This document shows positions 1 through 13,526 of a stretch of 64,000 nt of DNA, piece by piece; the stretch's first letter is position 1, and each line of letters starts with the position of its first letter. The translations under genes and the position numbers were made by a program. The notes under the pieces were generated by a model. It saw nothing but the letters and a program-made list of their open reading frames with translations, searched no databases and was not told the DNA's origin. The DNA is from Tubulanus polymorphus (taxonomy: Eukaryota; Animalia; Nemertea): assembly GCF_964204645.1 (NCBI RefSeq), contig NC_134027.1, positions 3,566,485 to 3,630,484 of the forward strand, in the 5' to 3' direction.

Positions 1-3000
1 CTTGTAGCCACATTAACAACCTCTATACCCGAAAACAGTCATTATTTCATCGCGGATTGAATAAATGTCCTTTCATGAAGAATTCATAAAAACATATTCA
101 AAAATTGAACCGATTGTAATTGAGTTCTGATAATGAAAAGGACAAGATGCAGAGACCATGTATTATTTTGTCGTTTTTCCTCTTCGATATAGAAGCTGAT
201 ACGTACCGAGGGTCATGATGCCCTTGCACCTGGTGCACCTGTCTGTTTTTCGCATATATAGCTGATAGATCAATACTTGTCATATACATATATAATAAAA
301 TTTGTTTTATTTTGTGCGAAAATGTCATAGTTAAATGCTGATGAAAATTTGCATCGATTTTTGAGATGGTAGCCACTCATTTCCCACGTCAGTTGTCGAA
401 TTGTTTATCACGATTCTATTTTAATCACGTTAACTAAATGCGACTTTTCTGTACTTAACATCACACATGAGATGGTTACTAATTATGTGTAGTATGGAAA
501 TATTATAGCCTTCCAATATATTCGTCATAGCTTGGAGGGAAAATGTGTCAAGATGGCTGCCGTGACAATATCGACACTTATTTTGCTGTCAATCATTCAG
601 AAACAAACACTTACGTATAATACTTGTGATTGAGAAGTATTTCAGCCTTCAATTCGGTTACATTTGGTATAATGAGTAGGACAAAAAAAACCCCAAGAGC
701 GCCACCACTCCATTACTATGCAAATGCATCGAAATGACATAAATTTCAATCATTCATCAATATATATGCCATGACGCGTTTATTGCATTCAGACATTGAT
801 CCAACACTAAAACTAGCGGTAAATAAAACTATTGCAAAAATATGAAAATGTATTTCATCGAATAAGCCTATAAAAAAAAACGCTTACTTACTTGCACTTC
901 AAACAATGACAATTCAAATGGAGAAATAGAAAGAAAATTGTTATAAACACTGTTATCACCTTACCGTAAAAATACATCTTTTCATTTGTCTTCTAAAGAT
1001 ATGAAAGGTCGTTATGAAATAAGCTATTTTCAAGATCATCGATTATGTGCTGTAGTTGTATCTCAGCAGTTCACTGTTTAGGGGCCTTTTATGAGAGAAA
1101 GATTGGACGTGTCGTACACAGTAACTGTTCCTCTAATTGTCAGTGTTAGGCGTCAACATGGATTAGCATTGACTTAAATATATCGTTTTAGTGCTGACAT
1201 CGTTGTTAGATCAAAGTCGTAATTGCTTTGACCAAAGTCGTTATTTTGTCTTAGTAATCATGCATACCGTCACTAGTGATGACCTGCCTAAACTGTTTAA
1301 CCCTTGCTCGATGTTTAGATGAGGTTGGACCTAGGGATTCTTATCGGATGGAAAATGATTACTGTATTATAGCAGACCTCTCATGTTCGCTACTAACCGA
1401 GCTATTTGTGGTGGTAAATGTCTGTTTACACGCGTTCGAACACAACGACTGTGCCCGATGTATTTGCAATAACCATGGACGTATAAACTAGAATTTACGT
1501 CCATGGAATATCTTATAGATTCCCGGCTTTTGAAGATAACATTTAGATGGTTTCTCAATCGCGATCCCATTGTGACGGCCTTGCTGAGTGTCTTAGTACA
1601 GAGGCTTTAAATAACAGGTTATATCGATTGAACGATATACACATCACTCGTTTCCTCCGTGACAAATCGCGACATACAGTTGTAGACGATAAACAGCACT
1701 TCAGGGGCTGTAAATAGATTTCAGTTGGATGGTCCCACGTTATTACATGTCATCATTTTGTTGGTTTGCCGGTTGACGATTTTAGATAGCATGTATACTG
1801 TTCTCGGGTTATCACTCGTCACGAACGGTCTTACCAACAGACAGTTCCGGTCTGAATGAACATTTGCGAGGTCATTCCTATTATTTCCATGTAAGGAAAT
1901 TAATCTCGGTGAATTGGTGTTGGTTTTTTTTCAGTGCGTTGAGTTAGTTATCGGTGACTGTTCCGTTCACTGCCGCCACGGGTGACGTCTGTGGTTAGTG
2001 TGTAATCCTAAGAGGTGCGCTATAATAACATCGTTATAAATCTGTTGTCAGCTACCTGACAGCTTGTCAGTTTCATCCATCGCGGTCTGATCCCCATATG
2101 TATACGGTTCGTATTCTCTTACCTTCCTCTTGGCGAAATGCGCATTAACTCTGTTCATTTAGTGACTAATTGGCAGTGCATTTCAATTTCATTTTATCAT
2201 TCTGAAATGAATTGTATTAGTTTCATCAATTCGAAGTTGACAGTTGAAACTAAAACCAGCTTCAATATAAATTCATCAGCTAAGTAGATCTTGGTCAGTT
2301 GGCAATAGTCGGTTTCTGAATCGAGGTGATTTTCCCCTATACCTATTAAACTGGCACAATCCAGTCTGATTTACCAGGTTCCTTTTCTAATAACGAATTG
2401 GTTCTCTTCATGTATTTTTGGTAATATTTTTATCAATGTCTTACCATAACAAACAAGGAATCGTGTTATTCATATAGCTGTTGTTAGCTGATTGTTTCTA
2501 GTGTTATGACTCTCATCACCAGAATCTTTCCGTAACTTGTTCATCAAATATGAATGAATGATTGATATTCTGTGTGTGCTGTAGCTCATATATATTTCTG
2601 TTTGTCTATCATTGCCTGAAAAATTCACTCCTTACTAAAGTTACTCGTTCTTACATCAGCAAACCATTTGATGTATTTATGAATACGTGTTACCATTCAA
2701 AGGGGATTTTGTCGTCTTCATTTTGAAACTCGAAAATCCCTAGATGGAAGGCGTGGATTTGTGTCTTTTTGGACGTGTTCGCGATGATCTCTGGGTTTCT
2801 AGTACGTCTATCAGAATAACTTACAAGATTCTGACAGAAGTTGACATCTGAGCTGGCATTAACATCCGCCATATTGATTTTTGACTGAATCTGTCAGGGA
2901 TTGTACTAACCCGAGCTGACAGACAAAGTGACGGCTGGATTAGGCTGCCGAGCAACTAGGCAACAGCAAAACTTACAAGTGCATACATCGCGCGCTGGTG

Positions 3001-3194
3001 GTGCTACAATCTCAATCTTTGCCTCCTGTGATTCTTCGCTGGCAATGCTCGTATACCTGAAGGTGTTTGCCGCTGATTCAACATTGATGAGCAACGATCA
3101 TTCATTGTTTTTCCTCTGTCTCTCGTAGCGAGTGGTTGTGCGATCTTCATCAGAAACGCTGCCAGTTTCCGTCTGTATTGGTTTTCTCGTGAGC

Positions 3195-3218
3195 TGTCTG
3201 TCTGTCTGTCTGTCTCTC
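3195..3218 (+). repeat. (TGTC)n microsatellite next to a splice-donor-like site (CAG|GTAAC at 3240/3241)
   Basis: tgtctgtctgtctgtctgtctctc is read directly. Confidence 0.7.
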
Positions 3219-6200
3219 GCTCAGTGTCTCTCCGTTACAGGTAACGTGACTATCTGAACTCTAGCTAATAATAAATCACTTACTTATGCTACTTACTCGG
3301 CTATCAGTAAGCCAGAACAAGCTTTCAGTCAAAAGATTAATTTCAAGTCGACATTGAATGATACGATTTTCATAGTATATTAACGATTATGTATAACTGA
3401 TATTTCTCGTGTATTTGAATGTCTTATGTGTTTGTTCCAACAATCACTCTACAGGTCGAATAGGTTAAACGTTTTGAAGGAATGATTTCCCAGGTTCTAA
3501 ACTATACTGCAGTTTATGAAAGTCATATAGATGTAGCAAATGAAAATAGAAAAATATAGTTTTACGAGTATGACCAAAAGCAAATATGGCAACAGGAAGC
3601 TGTAGCCGTTTAAAATGATGTTGAAACGCGTATTGATATTTTTGTGTAAATTAAAGATATTTATCAATGCTGGGAACATGTGCGAAAAACGGGTACGGTA
3701 ATTTATGTGCGCGGTCATAGAGGTTGTTTAATTCACAATACTGCAGCTGGTCTAGAATCATTGTTTGTCATTGAAACAGCCAGAGCGTGTTCAACCGCCA
3801 TATTTTACACTATTTCAAAAACAAAAATTGACACGTAGATTGTCGAGAAACGTGAATCGATTTCAATGAAATAACCGCGTAGATATTAGTTATTTATTTG
3901 AAGGAGCCGCGATAACCTGGTGTTGAATCAGTAAACGTGAAGATTGATAGTTCTTTGAAGGACTTTGAAGGTTAATTTCATTTTGTTAAAAGTATCAGCC
4001 TTCGAAAGTAGTAGTGTTGGTCTTTTGCTTATAAGAGTTTGTTGAAACATACAGATAGAATAGAAATCATGGTTAGAGCGGTTTTCTCGTGGAACACACT
4101 ATAATGACAGCAGCTGAGAGATGATACATGCTGTGATGACAGATGATAAGATCTGCTGGTGTCTCCTAGAATTTCCAGGGCTGTAGTTCATGTGTCCAGA
4201 TATGTCCAGATTATGTCATTGATAGAATTGTAGTTCATTAAACATATGTGGAAGATGGCGAGCATCAATTTCATCTAGATCGGTTCCGTCGTCGAGCTAA
4301 TCTTCAAGAACACGCCAATTTTGGGTGTTTCCTGCATTTTCTGATGTTTGAGTTTCATTTTCAATGGAAAGGAATTAATTGCTCATTTGAAATATATATA
4401 TATATGCATACATATATATGTATTCAAAATCTTAATTAAAAATGTAGTAAACATATATAGATCATTATCATCTGAGGTAGACGGTATCACGATGCTTTTA
4501 GGGCATTAATTTTTAACAGCCAGTAGGGTAAATAATGATAAACTGTCTGAAATGGATCCACAATAACAATCAATCACCATGTATTGGATTTTGTACATAC
4601 ATATCCATTATTTTTACCCATCTGGGATTAAAACCCAATAAAATCCCTCATCTATCTTTCGTCTTAATTGCCACATAACTGCCATAATCAACTACTTAAA
4701 AATGAGATGTATAGCTTTTCGTGGGCTTAACTCTGATAATGTGTGATGTGTTAGGTACTAGTGCGGCATATAAAGTACCCTATTTGGACGTTTCTGACAT
4801 GAAGATAAATGGTATGAATAGAACAAATTTGCAGCCTTCGTAGCTCAATCAAATACTTATCTATCTAGTAGTTATTTCAGACAGAATGATAATTTGTGGC
4901 AGAAAGTTGGTAGCTTTTGTTACTTCATCGCCCACGATGGGTAAGGGTTTCAACTTGGATATATCGAATGTCAAGTACAAGGACTACGCTGATCCTGTTA
5001 CGTCAAACGCTATTTATGTCGGCTCAAACAATTTTCTAGTCACAGTTTTCCAGTCTATTATCGTTTCTTTGTTTTGATTCATCGAGTTGAATTTGACGAA
5101 TATGTTGACCATGACAATTATGAAAAAGATCGATTTGGAATTTTGCTAAATGAGTCATTAATTCATAAATCGACGGGACTAATGATTGAAATTCATCAAT
5201 GTCAGTCTGCTATTGTCATTTTGACGTGCACCTTTTGTGTTGCCTGGGAAATTAACGATGTGAGTGATATATGGGACGTGTTTGTCTATCTGTATATATA
5301 TATTATACGTATATGCAGTACTGCTCGAATGAGTGCGGTGAACTCCCTGAATCAAAATTCATACGTACTTCAATGTTGTGAGCTATTCAAGTTTAAGCAG
5401 ATGATTTATTCGCATGGCTTTGATGCCTGACAAACTATAGTCTTTACCAAACTTTAGGGCTTGTCACAGAGTTGCTGATTTTCATGTGTATATATGCAGG
5501 TCAGCATTGCTGCATGACAAATGGAGGATATTTCATCCATAAATAATGCCAGTGTAATAACCACGAGGAACAAAGCTGACGTGTCGTTTGTCATCCAAAT
5601 CTATCATGGCTTTCGTGACTGATGGATAACCCTAATGAGCCCGGATAGGTTCACACCCCTACAGCCAACGCACATCAGGTGCCCCGTACGAGAATTTATA
5701 CACCATCAGCGAATGTTTTATAGCTCATGTTATAACCCGCCCAGCTTATAGTAAGAATGACAGCTTAATCACTCAAAGTTTATTACTGAAGTTTTTAAAT
5801 ATTTGCAGGTGTGTCCCAACAATCTGTCAAAAATCTAAATATTCAAATAGAGCTTTCATGAACAAGAATTTATTTGATGAATGCTGTCAGGTGGATATAC
5901 GTATATGGGCTTTCGATTTCTTTACGGCTTATGTTGTAATATATACTTGTATACTTGTAATATGCTATATTTATTTTTTATAAAAAAAATCCGTATGATA
6001 TTAGTCACAGAAGAGGTGTGATCTGTAAAACATGTCTGACTACCAACTTTGAACTGACTTTGTCATTGAGTCCATCCACGGAATATCCGTTACAATTCTT
6101 CCCTCCTGAAAAAAGAGGCCACTTAGGCAGAGATTATGATTAAACATAGGGTAGTTAATCATTTATTCTTGACGTGATAATTTTATCCGTGCTTTATATC

Positions 6201-9200
6201 CAATCGTTATCTCGCTGAATATAATGAAGGGGTATGATATATAAGAATGATTTAAAACCCTTAATGTTAGAATGTTAAAAGTCAGAAATTAATTTCAAAT
6301 TTTGTCTCCGGCAATTAGTCATGCCCTGTCAACATCCTCCCCAGGATGCGGATCAGCTGCTTCAGCCAAAAACGAAGATTGATAATTGCTTGAAACTTGT
6401 TTTGTGCAGGTATCGCGGAATTTATCTTCGCGAGCACGGAAACACATCAATTTTGAGATGGGATTTGACTGAGACCATTTGTAATATATTGGGTGGACAC
6501 CCTCAGGGATCGTGGTGATTGATGGGGTAAAGAGAAAGTTTGATAAATTTCATTAATAAACAGATGATGCGGTAAGTTTATACTGCATAGCTGTTTTTAT
6601 ACTGATTGCAACACGGTTCATGTACTCGAATAAATTCGTAGTAACGTATTAAACTTCTAGAATCTAAACACAAATATCAATCATTAGATAGCATTTTCTC
6701 GAGGGATTTTCAGCTTTCTGAGTCCGATGTGGATATCTGAGTAGTTCATGTTTATATGTGAGTTCTGGGTTCAAATTTAAAGTCTAACGAATAATGTTAA
6801 AGCTGATGTACGCACAAAGAAAGCTATACAGATAGGAAGAAAGGGAGATATGGCTGTTCAGATCAGCAGGAAATAAATTAGGCAAATCTTATCGTCCTAA
6901 CAGATCATATAAATACTGGGCTGATCATCCAATACTTCGATATCCGAATTCAGAATCAAACCCCTGTTTTGTTCACGGCAGGTGTCGTGGGTTTGTAAGG
7001 GACACTCCAAAAATGTGCATAATATCAACTCAATCAACCAGATAAAATAGATGGACATTTCACTGTTTACAAAAATTGACGCAAAAGGTGCTTCACACAG
7101 AATGGTTCTTCATTTTCTGAAAAATGGAATGTCATATAATGAATTTTTGCTATATGTATTTCATATTATATAATGATTCTTCCATAAATGCGCAATAGAA
7201 TTTCTGATAAGTCGTGAATTTTTTTTTGGGATTGGGAAATCTAGGTCAAAGCCACGGTATTAGGATTTAATGAATAAGCAGCCGATGAATTGCCACACAG
7301 CGCGGTCTGTGAAAACGTTCATGTCCATAAACATTTTAAGACCAATCTGGCCTGGTTTTTTTGAGCATGTTGTTCGGAAAAATGGGAGCTACTATCCTTT
7401 GAGAAGCCGCCAGGTGAAGTGGATGATGTATGATGTAGGTGGGCTGTCAATTGGCCGCTTTTATCGTTATGAGTTATGGTCTCGGCCACGCGATAATAGA
7501 CAAAATCTTGAATATTGATGGATACTTTATGTCATTGATACTATGATTTACTGCTTTTACAATCAGACACAATGTAATTTGGCTTCTGTTATCAACAATT
7601 TAGCAATATTTTGTTCAACTTAATATACCCGGAATATTGTCATTATCAGTGCAGTGTTTGAACTGTTTTTAAAGGATCAATTCGACCGGATTCGCATAAA
7701 CTGCAAACTACAGATGAGAGATAAAATTCTGACTTTTTTAGTCATAAGTTTTCAAATCAGGATTTATTCTCGCCGAGCTTTTGTATAGGCTTACTTGTGA
7801 GATCAAACCTAAGATGGCGAACTTCGTTGATGAAGGTTTGTAAATACATTTTTTTTGACAAGTGATTCGAATCTTTAAAATGAATTGAATTTACTATGTT
7901 TGTTGATGAATTGTTTTCAGTATTGTTTCTGTGCCAAACAAATGGCGGTTACGCTCTCAAAAACTAATTTATTAAATAGCCATTAGCTGTTAATGATTAA
8001 TTGTAATGATTTGTGGTAATAAGGAAAAGAATATAAATGATCGCTAATATTTCAAAGAATTAAAGCCGTGCCGTCACAAAAACTAATAATGCAATTTGTA
8101 CGACTGTCTTCAATGTTAATGACTTGTCATCATTTTGCATCTGGTTGCTATCTGTAAGTCTCTGTAAGTCTCTTTGATGTCTCCTCGGACGCCGTTATGA
8201 TGATTTGTGACGGCCTTTTGTTGTCAGTCGTTTTTCCTGAAATAATCGATGCCGATCAATCTAACAGCTGATTATTTGAAAACAACCATTTTGTTTCCAG
8301 TCATGGTACTTATTCTGTGAAGCAAAATGAAACATGCGTTTCTTTCTTTGTGTGCGCGTTCGTTCTATTATTCGATCGATCAGATTGTTGCCGCGCCCGA
8401 CGCCACCACATTTGTTTGATCTCTTCGAGAAACATTGATGCGATAGTACTAGCTAACCGGTACAGCTTAAATTCAGGGCTTAGTATTTAGGGTCAAATTC
8501 AAATGATGGTCAACCAATCAACATAAAAATAAACCACGAACTACATGTAGTTTTATCATGATGCCATTTGATGTCTAAATTATAGCTTTCAAGCCACTTC
8601 AGTATTGTAATTTGTATATTAGGCAAAAGACTTATTTGCACATCACGATGGTGAAGAATACATTTGACATGTATTCGGTTACGGGACGATTAATCAAAAT
8701 TGATCTGTACCGAATGCCCCATGTAATAAAAAAGCTTTCATGTTGGCCTTTGAGGCCATAAAACCTTATGCTGACTGATGTATGTCTACATGTGTTGGGG
8801 GCACTTTCTTTGATACTATGTAAATGTGATAAAAAGAAGGTCATTATAGTAAATTCCGTGATAAAATTTTGATGATTACTTGACTCACATATGATTTTAT
8901 TATTTTCAAGTTTGTCCTATTTTTCATCAAAGCGGCAATAGGTCTTCAATATATGATGAATGCTGATCTAGAGAATACTTCCATTGTCAAATGTGCTTCC
9001 CAGTTTCTAAAATAGAAGCCTTTGATGTTAGGGGCAATGCACCCATACGCAGTCTTATTATTCATAATTTATCAGTAATGTTCGGACAAGATTCCTTAAA
9101 TTTCATGGTCATTTGTAGAGCTATACATTAATTCTTTTGCGAACTCGGATTATCAGTAATCCTATTGGATTTATTTGATTGAATATGTTTTCTTGAACTG

Positions 9201-9663
9201 TTAAGATTCTGGTTACGTATCATTGATCTGTGAAATGTATTAGCTAGGTTTGATCATTAGTCTTATCCTGAATTTGATGATTATTCTTATTCACAGTCGG
9301 CATTCGCTGTTACCATATTCATCATCAAATCTCTAATACGTCTTTGAATAATCTAGGTGTTGACTTTGTCTTTGAAGTATGATGTGGGAGGCGATGCTTG
9401 ATAAATTGATAAAAATGTTTTAATAAGAACTGCTGGAAATCTTTCAAATAAGTTTGGAGATTATTCGATCTCCTAGTGATGTGCAACTTTGCCGAATTCA
9501 TCAATTTCTCATCCAGACACATTACTAGAAATTGAAGTGTCTCATTAATTTGCGACGGAGCTTTTAGTCTAAATGAATGTTTCTGAACTTAGATAAAATT
9601 CATTCCGACAAAAGATGTTCCTGTCTTCGTCGTCTCATGATTTCGTTTTTTATGTAATTTCAG

Positions 9664-12600
9664 ATGATGGTAAATCAACAACTGAGGGCAGTGAAAGTTG
9701 TGATGTAATAATGGACACCCCGCAAGATGGTGCTGTCGTAGAGACAGCGATCGACGGCACCAGTGACGTAAAAACTAGTACAGATAAAAACGACGTTGAT
9801 GTTGAAAATAAGGAGGATGACGATGAGGAGGATATCAACGTCACAGATAATATTGACGTACTGGATATAGATGATAAACGTGGTTTGAGTCCAGAGCCCA
9901 CGGTTAATGGAGAACTATTAGAAGCCAATAAAAAACAAACCGAAGAATTCTCTTCTATTGCATTACCAGCCTGCTCAGATGACCAAGTAAGGTCACCAGA
10001 GCTTGGTCCAGAGGATTCAGCATCATCGAAATGTCCGGTGGAAAAATCACCAACACCTCCACCAACACCAGCCGCAAGCAAAACCTTGGTTGAAACTGTG
10101 ACAATACCAGCAAATGTGAATCATCCATCCTCTCATACCGATATGGATACTTGCTTGAACCTGTGTAAACGTGACATTGGACTTCCGATGGATTTGTCTA
10201 CTGATCAAAAGAGCCAACTTACTTCGCAGAAAAGAGTGAATTCTGTTGGAATTAGCGTTTCTAGAAATGAACCATTAGACTTATCTCACAAATCATCGCG
10301 TAAGCATGTACCTGCTAAAGCAGTTAAGCATACTGTTCCAAAAACGAAAAAAGATACCAATACAATGTCGCCAGCATTGGTGAGCTTGCAACAGAAGTTC
10401 GGCGGTAATGCGAAGTACTTACAAGCTAATGGAATCAATCAAAGAAACAATAGCAATTTTGCGAGTAATCACTTTAAAGTTCCACAATATCAGTTTGCAA
10501 ATTATAATAAGCATGTGATCGATGCGTGGTACAAAAAACCATCATCCAATCAAATGAGTTGTTCATCGAATAGTACCGTCAAAGCGACTGTGGCAACACT
10601 ACCAACCAGTTTGCCAAATCCTTCCATTTCATCCTCATCATCACCAAGAAGCGTATCACCAGCCGTTAAGTCCATGACCACAAAGGTCTCGACATCTTCT
10701 ACGTCAAAAATATCAAACTTTACCTCAATAATGGATTCGAAGCTTGTTCCCGATTCTGTTGGACGATCGACAATTGATTTTGGCTGTGACTGCAATCGAA
10801 CCTTCAGTTCTTTGTATGAGTTGAGCGTGCACATGCAGGAAACTGGTCACATGCCAAAATACAGTAAAACCGGACCTTCTGGTGATTATCCAAAACTAGT
10901 GCGCGGTCAGGACATGTGGTTGAACAATGGCTCCGAGCAGACCAAAGAGATTCTGCGATGCATGCAGTGTGGGGAATCATTTAAAACGTTACCGGAATTA
11001 ACTGTTCACATGATGAAAACGCAACATTATGCGGATATATTCAGTTCTGCGCATCGTAAACTACATAAGTGCACAACATTTTTCGAAAAAGAAAGTGATA
11101 CAAAATCAGTTTTTAAGTGCCGTGTTTGCGAAATGCAGTATGATAGTTTAGATGCCCTGGCTAATCATATGGTGGAATCGAAGCACCACAAAAGACAAAA
11201 TTGGCGATATCCAGAATCGGATTCTTCTGTCAGCCAACGCGTGAAGTCTGTGCAGAATCTTAATAAGTCTGTGCATCTTTCATCTACTCAAAAGTGTTCT
11301 AGTCCCTCGTCAGCTGAATATGAAACGGCACCTACTCCGCCGCACGTCAATGCTAACAATGATACCGATGATGCTCAGCTTGAAAAGAGAAGTCGTCTTA
11401 CAGTGGCGTCACTGTTAGAGCATAGAGATCATGTTACTAAGTTACCCGAGAATGACTTCAATCATAATAGTGTTTCATCCGAGGAAGCAGAAGACAACGT
11501 GAACAACGAGCTTGAAAAGGAAAATAGAAGTCCTAAACCAGTGAAAGAGGCCACTGCTAGATCCCCTTCCAGTTTAGGATGTCAAACTCCACTTGAACGG
11601 CCAGACTCTGTATCACCTAAAACTATCGATAACACGGACACTCTTCCGCCAAAGAAAGCAGTTGTGAATGACATGTGTAAAATACAATGCGAAAACTGCT
11701 TTGCCCGAATAAATACCGATCTGTTTGTTGAGCACGTGCGAAATTGTATAAATAAAAAGACATCTGATGAAGTGATAAATAAACTAAAAGCCACGCTTAC
11801 TGCGCGAACTCAGTGTAGTACTAGTGAAGAAGACGATGATGACCTCGAAAGCATGATATCCGAGCAGAGTGCGAGTGAAAAAGTTTCACAGACAATAACT
11901 TCGAAAAAAGAAAACAATTCTGAGGCAGTAACTAAAGTTGATCAGGTTGATGGTGATTGTTCACCAAGTCCACCCAAGAAAAGAAGGCACGCTAATGCTG
12001 ATGTTTCTGATAATAACAGAATAAGCCCGAGAAATGATGCAAATGTTACTAATAAGGAGTCTGGATCAGCACTGCAAGCTATGGAGCATTTCATTGCTAA
12101 CTTTAATGAAAAAACCTTTTCAAAATCACGAAACCGACATCGATATAAATCCTCGCTTCTGTATAATCCTCATATGTACGGTGCTAATCCTTTCATGCAG
12201 TATCAAAATATGTTGTCGCAACGGAAAAATGTTGAAAATGAACACGAACATAAAAATGCATCTATTCATCTTGAATCAAATGGTATAAACACGAGTGATA
12301 AACCACCTTTAAGCATTAAAGATTCAGAAAATGATAATGCCGAAAGGAATGTTACAAAGAATGAATACCATTCACCGATAAAGAATCTCATTTACTCGCC
12401 AAACGATTTCGTAACTCCCGAGAAAGATTCCGGTTCAAGTGCTTTACAGAGTCTATTCAAGTTCGCAACAATGGACCCTCGTAACGTTGGCTCAAATAGC
12501 CATTCGCCACACTGGAAAAAGGCAGCATTAGATAAATCGAGACTAGAGGATAGCTTATATTGCACTCCTCGTCAGAATAGTAGTTTACCTGGGAAAATGT

Positions 12601-13526
12601 GTGCGAATGATAGCGATGAACGCTGTAGTTCAGCATCTAGTTCAACCAGTGAGACAGTTGAGAATTCGACTCGAGCAGCATTTAGTCATTTAAAAAGTCC
12701 ACATCGCAAATCTAGTCCTCCATCCCCGTGTTTGGAAAAGCATATGTCAGGAGGGAATGCGTTAAAACGAGAACGTAAAAACACAGATGATGGAGCTGCG
12801 TCTGAAAAAATCAAACGAGTGAAACATAATCCTTCGAATGTTGTTAGTGATCTATCTCGAACTAAGTATCTTACCTCGGACGATGCACAAGTGGAACTGA
12901 ATAAAAAGTCGGCTTCATCGTCCTGGTCTGCTCTTTCGTCATTGAAAAATTTGGTTACTAAACAGGCCGAGCCTAATCTGGGTAACAAATCGGTTGAACA
13001 TCCGTTGGATAGTTTACAAAAACTTATCAATCAGACGGACGCTTCAAGCAAATCAACCAATCCGTCGCTGCAAGTTAAACTAGGTAGTGTTGCTAATGCA
13101 CCGTACTGGTTTGCCTACTCGTATCTAAATCCTCTTCAGTCTGGACTGACTAATCAAAATGTTCCGCCAAAGTCGCCAGATGTAGCAACCTCTCGACAAG
13201 CATTTAGTCCGAGTAGTGATGGCGGTCACAGCAATGGCGTGCTCGATCTGAGCAGTCATAAAACTGATAGAAATGGTGGCCATCCAGATTCGGACGATGA
13301 CACGAAGCCTAGTGATCTAAAATGCGATATGTGTGGGAAGGTATTTTCGAGTAAAGGTGGTTGCCGTTACCATAGGAGTAAGTGCTTACACAATATTCCT
13401 CGTGGAATGGGTGTCAAAGAGGCTCGTATCGTGAGGACACCTTATACGTACATGCCTCTAGAGCATACTAACAAGTTTTCAAAGTATTATGAAATGGCAA
13501 AGGAATTAGCGAATAAAGGAAAATGA
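9664..13526 (+). CDS. tsh: Teashirt/tiptop (TSHZ-family) zinc-finger transcription factor, main coding exon; first exon not found in the window
   Basis: The 1303-aa ORF contains the tsh/tio signature KLVRGQDMWL...EQTKEILRCMQCGESFKTLPELTVHMMKTQHY, further C2H2/C2HC fingers, the CtBP motif PLDLS and a tiptop-like C-terminus (KFSKYYEMAKELA). A polypyrimidine tract plus cag at 9661-9663 gives a phase-1 acceptor, matching the short-exon-1/huge-exon-2 layout of TSHZ genes. Confidence 0.93.

Noticed and set aside
9615-9663. ORF-track start MFLSSSSHDFVFYVIS for teashirt
   Set aside because: It is the polypyrimidine tract and acceptor of the intron read in frame, so it is probably not the true N-terminus.
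9650-13030. Several antisense or alternate-frame ORFs (70-143 aa) inside teashirt
   Set aside because: Low-complexity shadows of the long sense ORF, with no family motifs.
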